Shown: in pieces, positions 1 through 9,070 of the stretch
Layout: each line of letters begins with the position of its first letter
How positions within the stretch are numbered: the first letter of the stretch is position 1
Assembly: GCA_016618085.1 (NCBI GenBank)
Contig: JABLTG010000200.1
Location: forward strand, 1 to 32,216
Direction of reading: 5' to 3'
Length of the DNA: 32,216 nucleotides
Source of the DNA: Neovahlkampfia damariscottae
Taxonomy: Eukaryota
Translations under genes and position numbers: made by a program
Notes under the pieces: model-generated
What the model was told of the DNA's origin: nothing
The model's input: the letters and a program-made list of their open reading frames with translations, nothing else
Database searches by the model: none

Positions 1-559
1 AAGTTCTATTGAATCTTTCAACTAAACTATTTTTTACAACATCTTCTGGATCAGAATAAATTACTTGAACGCCATGCCTTTTCATCAAATCAATAAAGTC
101 TTTTGAAATAAATTGATTGTCGCATCTGAGTTCTTTTGGATATCCCATTTCTTCAAATATTTCTTTGATTGCATCCAACAATGTATAACGTGTAGAACTT
201 TTTGAGTTCGACACTGTCAACACCATATTAGTCAAAGCACGACTTTGTGCATAACGGCTATTGGTATCAATTACATTTAAAATATATCTATAATTGTTGA
301 TTTTAAAACGATCATAAACCATTACATCCATAAAATAAAGATCTCTTGGAAAAGGAACATAAATTGAATTGAATTTTTTTGGTTTTTTCTTTTGTTGAGT
401 TAATTGGTGCCATTCTTGTTGATCACGGATATTTTTAATTTCTTTTTCAGTTAAATCTATTCCTTTTTCTTTGAGAATCTTTTTTAATTTTGATAAATCT
501 GAAATTAACCCAGTATTTGGATCATTCATTGTTCGTTCAGCTGCTTGTAGCTTTTGCAT
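1..559 (-). CDS. Retroviral-like (rve, DDE) integrase of Polinton/mavirus type, 3'-partial
   Basis: Hand translation from ATG 559: MQKLQAAERTMNDPNTGLI...DLYFMDVMVY...YRYILNVIDTNSRYA...MGYPKELRCDNQF...NSLVERFNRT. The D, D and E catalytic motifs are present. Missing from the ORF track because it runs off the edge. Confidence 0.9.
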   Translation of the reverse strand, partial: MQKLQAAERTMNDPNTGLISDLSKLKKILKEKGIDLTEKEIKNIRDQQEWHQLTQQKKKPKKFNSIYVPFPRDLYFMDVMVYDRFKINNYRYILNVIDTNSRYAQSRALTNMVLTVSNSKSSTRYTLLDAIKEIFEEMGYPKELRCDNQFISKDFIDLMKRHGVQVIYSDPEDVVKNSLVERFNRT

Positions 560-669
560 TTTTGATAAAAATTTTACGAACTGTATATATTTTAAATTTA
601 TTATTTTAATTTAATTTCAATTAAATAATAATATTTGCACAAGTATAATCAATTCCAAAATTTGAAAAA

Positions 670-903
670 ATGAGTGAAGAACAACAAATCCCAAATACAG
701 AAACAGTAAATACAAAGATTTTGAAACAAAAATCAACTCGTGAAACATTAACAGATGACGATTTGATTGCAAAAATTAACCAATTAACACTGCAACGTGA
801 AAATTTGAGTCATGAAATCAAAAAGCTCAGGAATCGATACAATGCAAGAGTGTTCAAAGCAAAAAAGAAAGCTGGATTACTTGCGAGTGACGTTACATCT
901 TAA
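670..903 (+). CDS. Small basic coiled-coil hypothetical protein of the element
   Basis: 77-aa ATG ORF, divergent from the integrase, with a heptad-like stretch (LIAKINQLTLQRENLSHEIKKL) and a basic tail. Confidence 0.5.
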   Translation: MSEEQQIPNTETVNTKILKQKSTRETLTDDDLIAKINQLTLQRENLSHEIKKLRNRYNARVFKAKKKAGLLASDVTS

Positions 904-2496
904 ACAAGTCAATTGAACGTTATTTTTTGTGTGTCCATAGCTGTTGTTGATTCTATCAACTGAAGGTTTAATTATGGGATTTAAACAAATTTTGCAAATT
1001 CCTTTTTGATCTTCATACATTTTCTCGATGAATTCTTCAGTAATATCATTTTCAAATCCGTTTTGCTTGTCATACACTTCATGATGAGAAATTCCACCAA
1101 TTTCTGAATCTTTCATTCGTGAAATCTGAGAATAAGATATATATACATTATTCAAGTTCGTTGCTCTTGTTATTGCAACCCACAACCACTCTCTTGTAAT
1201 ATATTTGGAGTCTAAATTATGAATGATTATTTTTTTATCTGTTGTTGTTCCTTGAATGCAATGCCCTGTATATGCCGTGGTACTTCTGAAATTCTTCATG
1301 TATTTTGCATCAATTTCATATAATTTGTTTGTTAATACATCTGTAATTCGGAAAATCTCAGAATTCTCTGAGTTTACAAATTCCAATTTGTAGGTAAAAT
1401 TTGTTTGAAATACTTGTTTCTTTATCAAAAATCGTTCTTTGACGTAAATTTCTTTTGTATCTTGGCTAATTTTTGCAAGTTTGTCACATAATGCTTGGTA
1501 ATAACAAATATTCATAATTTCATCTTTCTGTTCAAGCTGAGCAAGTTTTGAAAAATTGTATTTTTTCACGATTTCAAGTGGATTAAATATTTCTGATTCA
1601 AATATGTCTTCTTTTAGTTTTAATAATATATTTTCTTCATTTTCTTTTTGTAATCTTCTTGATCGATTCAATTGCACATGGTTATAGAACAAATCTTCAA
1701 TTATTTCATTGTAAATTTCTGGATTGTCAATATGATCTTCAATTGGTTTATTTTGATATTTGTCACCGGCAGCAATAAATAACTTTGAAGGAAAACCACT
1801 TTTGAATTTTTTCAAACGATATAAATCGGTTGTTGTCAAATTATAAATTTCATCAAACAAAATGATATCAAAATCAGATACATCACGGGAAATCTCAAGT
1901 TTCTTGCATTCGTCCACTTCTTTTCCTCTAATTAATCCTAAAAGTGAACAAAACGTCATTGAATGAACATTTGAATTTTCGTTAAATTTCTTTTTAATAT
2001 CGGCTGCAAGAGCATTGGTTGGTGTAACAACAAGTATTTTTTTGTTGTTTTTCAAAGACCAAAGTATAATATTCGTTGTTTTTCCGGCTCCAGGTAAAAT
2101 CGCCCTAACTAATATGTTTCCTTTGTTCAAAATATTGAAACTATCCAAATTAAATTCATCTTCCATTTTTAAGTTTTGTTTAATATTTTTTTGTTTTGTT
2201 GATGGCTTTAAAATTTCTCTGCGTGTAAATTCTGAATTTGTTGGCAATTGATTGATGGTTACTTCTTCGATTGGTTTTAAATCACCAAAATTATCTCCGA
2301 AACTGAAATTATTTGATACATTTGATTCATCTCCACGAAAATATAAGCAATCAGTTCTAACACCAACCACTTCACAATTTAATTCTTCCAATTTGTTAGC
2401 GAGAATAGTTAAATCAGTTCTGATTGTGTCATATATTAATGCTTGAATCAAGTAAAATCCATTTTCTAATTTGTTGTTTTTCTCCTTGAATTTCAC
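877..2496 (-). CDS. C-terminal part of a PolB-helicase fusion: PolB motif C, SF1 (RecD/Pif1-like) helicase and C-terminal HNH-like zinc endonuclease
   Basis: VVGVRTDCLYF (PolB motif C-like); PGAGKTT (Walker A); ILFDEI (Walker B); AGDKYQ (III); TGHCIQGTT (V); WVAITRA (VI); CKIC...SVDRINNSYGHTKNNVQLTCLRCN (HNH-like). Confidence 0.85.
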   Translation of the reverse strand: MKFKEKNNKLENGFYLIQALIYDTIRTDLTILANKLEELNCEVVGVRTDCLYFRGDESNVSNNFSFGDNFGDLKPIEEVTINQLPTNSEFTRREILKPSTKQKNIKQNLKMEDEFNLDSFNILNKGNILVRAILPGAGKTTNIILWSLKNNKKILVVTPTNALAADIKKKFNENSNVHSMTFCSLLGLIRGKEVDECKKLEISRDVSDFDIILFDEIYNLTTTDLYRLKKFKSGFPSKLFIAAGDKYQNKPIEDHIDNPEIYNEIIEDLFYNHVQLNRSRRLQKENEENILLKLKEDIFESEIFNPLEIVKKYNFSKLAQLEQKDEIMNICYYQALCDKLAKISQDTKEIYVKERFLIKKQVFQTNFTYKLEFVNSENSEIFRITDVLTNKLYEIDAKYMKNFRSTTAYTGHCIQGTTTDKKIIIHNLDSKYITREWLWVAITRATNLNNVYISYSQISRMKDSEIGGISHHEVYDKQNGFENDITEEFIEKMYEDQKGICKICLNPIIKPSVDRINNSYGHTKNNVQLTCLRCNVTRK

Positions 2497-2541
2497 TATA
2501 ATAATATTTTTTAATTAATTCTGATTCTTCATTCTTTATGA

Positions 2542-4827
2542 TTATTTCTTTTGGAAAACATTCAGAGCTTTCTGAAAGTGTATTTGCTTCATCAAGATTA
2601 TCAAATAAATAACTGAGTTTCCTTGATTATATTTTTTTCCTGTTAATCCAATTGTTTTATTTAAAATGAATTTCCAATCTGCTGTTTCTAATCCAGAATC
2701 TTTTACTTTATCAATTGCTTTTGGAATTTCATTATTTGGAATATATTTGTTCAATGCACAAACATGAGTAATAGTGAAATTTATAAATAAATTTTTGATT
2801 TTCTTTAAATTAACTCCAAATATAATTCTATTTTTTTGGTTTGAAAATAACGCATCATGGGTATCAAGTGAAATAACGTAAATATGATGGTCAATAATCG
2901 GTTCAAAATTATATTCTTTAAATCCATCAAATGGTGTTGCCGCAGGAATAAATTTTGAGTTATATAAAACGCTGGAATATGCTTTAGTCATATCTAATTT
3001 GAATATTTTTTCTTCAGATTTTGAGGATTTCACGTTGGTAAACATTCCAATTGGTGCGTTTATTGGAAACTTCAATAAATTTGTGACTAAACTATCTTCA
3101 TAAGTTGAAATATATTTGTAATTGATTAAAGCATCTTCAAATTCTTTTCCTTGTTTCACAAACAACTTCATATATTCTATTGAGGTTTTACCAAATTCAG
3201 CAACTTCATCACTTAAACCAGCATTAAATGGAACAAAAATTGCAATAGACTTATTAATTTTAATCGTTATTTTAGTTATTTGGTCAACCATTGTTACATG
3301 AGGATGATATTTTATTTTTTCTTTGAACCAGTGAAGAACATCATCAAGTTTTACAACTGAAAAGAATTTATAAAATTTGTTTTCTTCAAATGGATAGCTG
3401 AGCAGTTCTTCAACGTTGGTTAAAAATTCTTCAATAAATTGATTCTTTCTCATGTAATATTTATCCGAAGTTTTGATAGTTTGAGCTAGTTCTTCAACGG
3501 AGTTTGAAATTTCGCAATCTATCGTTTCCAATCTGTTTGTTATTTGATAAAGATGGTTATTTGAAACGAGTCCTTTGAAGTGTCTTGTAGATAAATCTGA
3601 TCTTTCTGAAGCTTTTCCTTCCTTGGTTGGGTGGTGCTTATCAACAATGTTTCCATGAACGTCTAAAATAGTCATTTTCAAATTATATTCAACAAAGAAT
3701 TTTTTTAACTGTTCAACTGAAAGAGAAAAGTCCAATTTTATGACATCAAGTTGATTTTTTTCATCAATTATTTCTTTAATTTCTTCTTGTTTTTTCTTTC
3801 CAAGTTTTTTGAAATAAGTTGTAAATTGTTGATTTTGAAAAACGTATTTTTTGTTATTGCTTGAATCTAAAATATAATATTTTCCTACTGCATCACAAGT
3901 GACACCGACTTGGTTTAACTCTTCTTGGTGAAAGTAGTTGAATAATGATTGGTAAGTGAGGTCAAAATGAGTTTGGTAAAGTTTTATTAAAGTTGTGTAA
4001 ACACAAGATTGACTTTGGAAGTTATTCAAAAGATATTCGTTTAATTTGTAATTTTGGAGGTCTTTGATTGTTTTAGCTGAATATTCAATAAATTCATGAT
4101 TAATTTTTGGTTCAATAAATTTTTCTTGGTTTTTTAATGGTGTTGTTTTCAAATCAAAATCTTCATCTGGTTCCATTGTTTGTAAATCCGTAACTTTGAT
4201 GAATTCAATCAAACTTTCAATGGCATTCATGTGATCAAAGGTTTTCGTATTTCTCAACATTTCCAGCAACCATTTGTAATCTTCAATTTTTCTTGAATCT
4301 TTTGATGATGAACTGTTTGCTTTGAATTCTGTTATTAACTGATTTTTTTTGGTGTCTGAAAGATATCCAGTTACGTTGTATTTTCTAATGACTCTAAAAA
4401 GATCTTTGTTTTTGTCTTCTTTTGCAAAAACATGAACGGAAAAACTAACTTTCGTATTTTTTCCTAAATAATTTTCAATAGCATCAATATAATCTTCTTT
4501 TTCTCTTTTATCTTTCCAGTTATTCATTTTGCTTGTAAATTTTTTATTTTTATAAAGGTAAACCTTTCCATTTGGTGTTTCTAAATAAAAATCATCATGT
4601 TTTGGCGACTTAATAATTCCGTTGTAAATATTTTCTGGTTTTTCTATTATTTTTATATTAGATAAGTCGATGTTTGGGTCTACATTTTTTATTTCGTTGA
4701 TGTAATTTGGATTTTTTTTCAGAAAAATTGTTGGTTTGCCATTTTTTATTAAATAAGTTCTTTTTTTATTATTTTCAATGTAATGAGAACTTTTGATTTT
4801 TTTTATTTGAATTTTGTTTTCGGACAT
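2542..4827 (-). CDS. N-terminal part of a protein-primed-type family B DNA polymerase fusion (possible OTU-like protease region plus PolB motifs A and B)
   Basis: FKLDMTKAYSS (motif A) and KFILNKTIGLTGKK (motif B). QSCV...SNNHLY is a Cys/His pair resembling the vOTU domain of polinton pPolBs. Same reading frame as 877..2496. Confidence 0.75.
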   Translation of the reverse strand: MSENKIQIKKIKSSHYIENNKKRTYLIKNGKPTIFLKKNPNYINEIKNVDPNIDLSNIKIIEKPENIYNGIIKSPKHDDFYLETPNGKVYLYKNKKFTSKMNNWKDKREKEDYIDAIENYLGKNTKVSFSVHVFAKEDKNKDLFRVIRKYNVTGYLSDTKKNQLITEFKANSSSSKDSRKIEDYKWLLEMLRNTKTFDHMNAIESLIEFIKVTDLQTMEPDEDFDLKTTPLKNQEKFIEPKINHEFIEYSAKTIKDLQNYKLNEYLLNNFQSQSCVYTTLIKLYQTHFDLTYQSLFNYFHQEELNQVGVTCDAVGKYYILDSSNNKKYVFQNQQFTTYFKKLGKKKQEEIKEIIDEKNQLDVIKLDFSLSVEQLKKFFVEYNLKMTILDVHGNIVDKHHPTKEGKASERSDLSTRHFKGLVSNNHLYQITNRLETIDCEISNSVEELAQTIKTSDKYYMRKNQFIEEFLTNVEELLSYPFEENKFYKFFSVVKLDDVLHWFKEKIKYHPHVTMVDQITKITIKINKSIAIFVPFNAGLSDEVAEFGKTSIEYMKLFVKQGKEFEDALINYKYISTYEDSLVTNLLKFPINAPIGMFTNVKSSKSEEKIFKLDMTKAYSSVLYNSKFIPAATPFDGFKEYNFEPIIDHHIYVISLDTHDALFSNQKNRIIFGVNLKKIKNLFINFTITHVCALNKYIPNNEIPKAIDKVKDSGLETADWKFILNKTIGLTGKKYNQGNSVIYLIILMKQIHFQKALNVFQKK

Positions 4828-4966
4828 TATATTTTGGATTAGGGAAATTTTTTTTATCCAAAAATAATTGATTTATTATTATTGGATAAGAATTGTTAAA
4901 TTTAAAATAAAATTTTTTCAAAGTAAATTGATTGGATATTTTATCAACGTTCGACTTTTTTTGTCA

Positions 4967-6997
4967 ATGGATTGCAATCAGAAAAAGTTTGAAAAAATCA
5001 CCTTGATCCACAAGGATTTTAAAATAAATCTTGACAAACCAAAAAATGAAAGCAAATTTGAAGGATACATTGACAAGTGCTCTTTGATTCATAAAGAAAC
5101 TTTGAAAAATGATGTTCAAAATTTTAAAAACCCAGTTGTTTTTATTCATGGGTGTGCTTGGTATATTCAAGAAAAGAATGGAAGAGCATGCCAAGACATC
5201 ATAGAAGAATATGAGAACCGAAAGGAAGAATTTTTTTTCATTGTTGGAGATGCCACAGGAATAGAAAAAGAAGTGAAAGAAGACATTTACAAAGTTTTTA
5301 ATTTGCTTAATTTAGAGGTTCAATACGATAGTGGTGTCTACTACTCAAAAGATAAATCAAAAAAATTATACTTTTTCAACAACTTCACAAAGAATGATCT
5401 GAAAGCTTTTTTGAAGAATTTACTTGATTTTTATGCTCGAAATGTTAGCATTATATTTTCTGGACATGCTTCAATTGAAGGTATTTCACTTTGCCAAGAA
5501 AATAGCACTTTAGTTGATGAAACAACTGCTAATGAATCACTTTTGTTACCTACAGAATTATTGACCATGTTTTCAGATTTAAAACACCCAAAATTAGCTA
5601 GATTCGATTTGAAAATTTACTTGAATACTTGTTTTGCACTACAATTTGCTCAGCAATTGACAGATAAAGCCCAAAATTTATTTTTCAATTTTTTGGAACA
5701 ACAAGTATATTCAGGGGAGGAGGAAATACCGAAAGATGATTTTATCTCTAAAGTTTATAAAATGAATCACTCTGTACTCTCACATTATTTGAAACAGATG
5801 GTGCTTTGCCCAATTCTTATAAAATGGGGAGAAAACCATGTTAAAATTGTACCTTTGTCAATTGGATTGTTGGATTCAGTGGGACGTATTGATTGTCTTC
5901 CAAATATAAATCTAACAAAAGATTCAAGTTTATCAGGCAGATGGAGATTCAAAAGTGAATTTCCAAACCCTGTCGAAGAACAAATGGGATCAAAATACGA
6001 GCCTGAAAACACCCAAAATTTTGATGATCCAGTTCTTCATATTTTCACTGATGATGGAGACACTGCTCTATTTCAAATCGGAAAATTTAATATTCTAATA
6101 GATGGAGGATTCTTTGAAAGTAAACCAAGATATTGGAGTGAAGTGAAAAAACTCCAAAAAATTGACTATGTAATTCTTACTCATGGGGACAATGATCATT
6201 TTGGTGGATTTCAACCATTGGTATCATATCAAAAGGATGAATCTGTTCCTAAAATAATCAATTTTATTTTCTCCACTGATGAAAATCTTTACAGAAATTG
6301 GAAAGATGTTGCAGAAATGTCTGAAATCTTAGTCAAACACAAAAATATTAACCTCATTACAACTTTGACTACAGGCAATAAGATTGACGATAAGTTTCAC
6401 GATACGATTGGCAAAACTTTTGCTATTGACATACTATTACCTACTGGTAGTTTTTTGGACTATGTTGTTGACATATTGACAAGAGATTCCAAAGAAAAAA
6501 TCCCGAAACCAAAACGTCTTTCGAAAAAAGAACAGGAATCACTTGGTATTGGCAAACGTCTTATCACTGATATAAATCTTTTTGGAATGTCATTTGTGAT
6601 ACGTGCAAGAGAAAAGAATTATTTGTTCACAGGAGATTGTCATTCACAAGATATTGCAGATGTGTTGAAAAAAAAGAATTTAAAGGATTTTTATTATGTA
6701 GATGCTCCACACCATGGCTCAGATCACAATCAATTTCATCTTTTACTGGAAGAAATTGATTCAATTGAAAACTTGGTGGTCAGTTGTAATTGGAAAGTGA
6801 TTTCAAGTCAGTTTTTGGACACTCTCAGGGATACAAAAAAAATTAAAACTGTTTATTTCAATCAAACAAAGGATTCATTGAAAGGTAAACACTTCCAAAA
6901 AAGAAAGAGTGATGGAACCATCAAGAAAGGGTATGATTTTAAATCTGAAGACTTTGAAAGGAAGAATTGGATATTCAAAAAAGATATTAAACTTTGA
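4967..6997 (+). CDS. Caspase/CHAT-like His-Cys domain fused to a ComEC/Rec2-type metallo-beta-lactamase hydrolase (MAP1/Futsch N-terminus-like)
   Basis: IIFSGHA (His ~5465) and IYLNTCFA (Cys ~5630). MBL motifs LIDGG, THGDNDHFGG, LFTGD and APHHGS. First in-frame ATG at 4967; no introns. Confidence 0.8.
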   Translation: MDCNQKKFEKITLIHKDFKINLDKPKNESKFEGYIDKCSLIHKETLKNDVQNFKNPVVFIHGCAWYIQEKNGRACQDIIEEYENRKEEFFFIVGDATGIEKEVKEDIYKVFNLLNLEVQYDSGVYYSKDKSKKLYFFNNFTKNDLKAFLKNLLDFYARNVSIIFSGHASIEGISLCQENSTLVDETTANESLLLPTELLTMFSDLKHPKLARFDLKIYLNTCFALQFAQQLTDKAQNLFFNFLEQQVYSGEEEIPKDDFISKVYKMNHSVLSHYLKQMVLCPILIKWGENHVKIVPLSIGLLDSVGRIDCLPNINLTKDSSLSGRWRFKSEFPNPVEEQMGSKYEPENTQNFDDPVLHIFTDDGDTALFQIGKFNILIDGGFFESKPRYWSEVKKLQKIDYVILTHGDNDHFGGFQPLVSYQKDESVPKIINFIFSTDENLYRNWKDVAEMSEILVKHKNINLITTLTTGNKIDDKFHDTIGKTFAIDILLPTGSFLDYVVDILTRDSKEKIPKPKRLSKKEQESLGIGKRLITDINLFGMSFVIRAREKNYLFTGDCHSQDIADVLKKKNLKDFYYVDAPHHGSDHNQFHLLLEEIDSIENLVVSCNWKVISSQFLDTLRDTKKIKTVYFNQTKDSLKGKHFQKRKSDGTIKKGYDFKSEDFERKNWIFKKDIKL

Positions 6998-7505
6998 AAT
7001 TCCTGATTCAAGTGAATAAAATTAGTTCAAATTCTTCCAAATGATATTTGTACTCCAATACATCCAATTTCCAAAAAAATAATTCAAAATCCCAAAAACC
7101 CATTACTTTTTCAACCACTTCAAACCTGTATTTTAAAAAAGTTATTTTCAAAACAATTACCTTCACTAATCAAATTAAAAATACAATAATTCAATCTCTT
7201 TACAACAACTTTATTCTACACTTCTTCATTTTTATTTTTCAAAACCAATTGTTAAAACAAACCCAAAATATATAAATTCTCCGAAACCAGGTTTGATTTC
7301 CAAAATTTTGAAAGCTTGATTTTGTAGGTGCTGGTTATTATTATTTGTTAGGTTCCTGAACAATTTATTTGAACGATGTATAGAGGTTAGTTTTAAATAT
7401 TTGTCGTGTTCGGCTGCGATTGGTGGTTGAACTTGTATTGGAATTTTTATAGTCTTCCAGTTCCAAAATTTACTCTTAGCAAACAAGCCTAACCCGTCTA
7501 CTACT
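6998..7505. repeat. Probable terminal (TIR) region of the Polinton-like element
   Basis: Apparently non-coding stretch between the cargo stop and the ...CCCGTCTACTACT end. The partner TIR is outside the window, so the repeat itself cannot be seen. Confidence 0.5.
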
Positions 7506-8742
7506 GTTAATGATTCAACTCGTGATGCAGTATTAACAGTTGATGAAATTACAGTTGCGTCCATTCTATTTTCAACACCAATTGTTCCAATCATTACATT
7601 TCCAAAATGAATTCCAATTCCAATTTCAACTTTTTTTTCTCCTTTTCGAACGTCTTGATTATATTTTTCCAATGCTGTTAACATTTCAAACCCACATTCA
7701 ATTGAATCCTCTATTGAATGTGGAAATAATGCCATAATACAATCTCCAACAAATTTATCAACAAATCCATTATGTTTGGATACAATTGGCGCCAAATATT
7801 CTAAAATTTGATTTACAAAAGAAAATGATTCTTTTGCATTCATTTTTTCAGTTAAATCTGTAAATGAACGAATATCAGAAAACAGAACACAAATATCTTT
7901 GGTGGATGAATCACCTTTTTTTACATTTCTAATATCTCCTTTTTCAAGTAAATCAATGAACTCTTTTGGCAAAAATCTCGCAAAACTTTGGTTTAAACTA
8001 TTCATATGATTCAATTCTCTTTTTTTTTGATCATCTTGAATTTTGGATGTTATTACTCTTTGAATAATTGAATCAAAACCAATTATGATACTGATTGGAA
8101 TTACAGAAGCCAATGCGCATAATATTATTACATTTGTAGCTGTATCTAGCTGTACATTAACTGATGCTTGAGAAAAAATGTAATCAAGGAGCACCACAAG
8201 TCCGGATTCGTAGACTTTTTTGAGATTCTCGTATTCTGCTGAAAAAAGTGATTCTAATGCTTTCTTTGAATTTCCAGCTTTAACATCGTTTATTGCTTGT
8301 GTTTCAATAGCTATCAATGCTGTATTGGCAGAAAAAGTCAAATTTTCAAAAGTCTTCTGGACCGATACTGGACATGATTCCATTGCTCTTTTGATAGCAT
8401 CCTCTAATTTTGGTATATTTTGTTCATATCTTGTTACAAAGGAGGTATCATTCTTTGCTGCAGCCATTCTAGCTGTACAAAAAGGAAAATTAAAAAAAAA
8501 TTTCACAAACCACTCATGGTCAAAACTTCATCATACAATGAAATTTTTCCTTTTAAATCTGTTAAAGTTATTCCATTTGATTGTTGTTTCACTTGATAAT
8601 CTGTAATAATCAAGAAAGTCATCACTGACATGACCACACCCACTACAATAAAAACACCGCACAAATTGCAAACAAATGTGAACCATTCTGCACCTGTAAG
8701 AGCGAAAGAACCAAATTGTGACTTCTTTTTTGTTTTTTGCAT
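7506..8742 (-). pseudogene. Class III adenylate/guanylate cyclase with a 2-TM sensor region, 3'-truncated by the element (intron 8473-8510)
   Basis: VLFSDIRSFT, VDKFVGDCIMALF, IGIGIHFG, RMDATVISSTVNTASRVESLT, after which similarity is abruptly lost. Splicing gives LYDEVLTMSARMAAA. The start is uncertain (ATG 8742). Confidence 0.8.
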
Positions 8743-9070
8743 CTTCTTGTTCAATTGGTCAGTCAAATAATCCCAATTTATATTTCCCAGTTCTTAATTT
8801 AAAATTGTTGTCCCAAATTAGTAGACCAGAACGTCATTTTTGGATAAATTGTTTGTTTTTGATGGATGATCAGAAATTTTTGCCGTGCCAAATAAAGAAG
8901 AATAGTAAAAAATTTCTTTTTCTTCAACCAATTTTTGAACAAATTGTTGAAATGTTTGAAGTTATCGAAAAAATTCCATTGGACTGTGGACACTTATTAA
9001 CTTATTTTTATCAACTCGAACATTTTTTAATCACGTCCATTTTTTGGTGAAAAAAAAGCAACCAATAAAA

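Larger units (their letters stand above)
1..7505. mobile_element. Polinton/Maverick-like (Polinton-like virus) endogenous element, one end only; continues beyond the left edge
   Basis: Intronless cluster of rve integrase and pPolB/SF1 helicase genes. The terminus at 7505 reads 5'-AGTAGTAGACGGG on the minus strand, exactly where adenylate cyclase similarity stops. No capsid or packaging ATPase gene is visible in the window. Confidence 0.8.

Noticed and set aside
2497..2620. Intron or stop-codon reassignment as the cause of the split polymerase
   Set aside because: The alternative frame is open and protein-like across the gap, host genes use TAA as stop, and the element genes otherwise lack introns.
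4868..4966. TTG-initiated N-terminal extension of the MBL ORF
   Set aside because: Eukaryotic context and an AT-rich promoter-like sequence; ATG 4967 is the plausible start.
7232..7505. C-terminal ~90 aa of the tracked cyclase ORF as genuine protein
   Set aside because: No cyclase motifs; it begins exactly at the AGTAGTAG terminus and is best read as read-through into the element.
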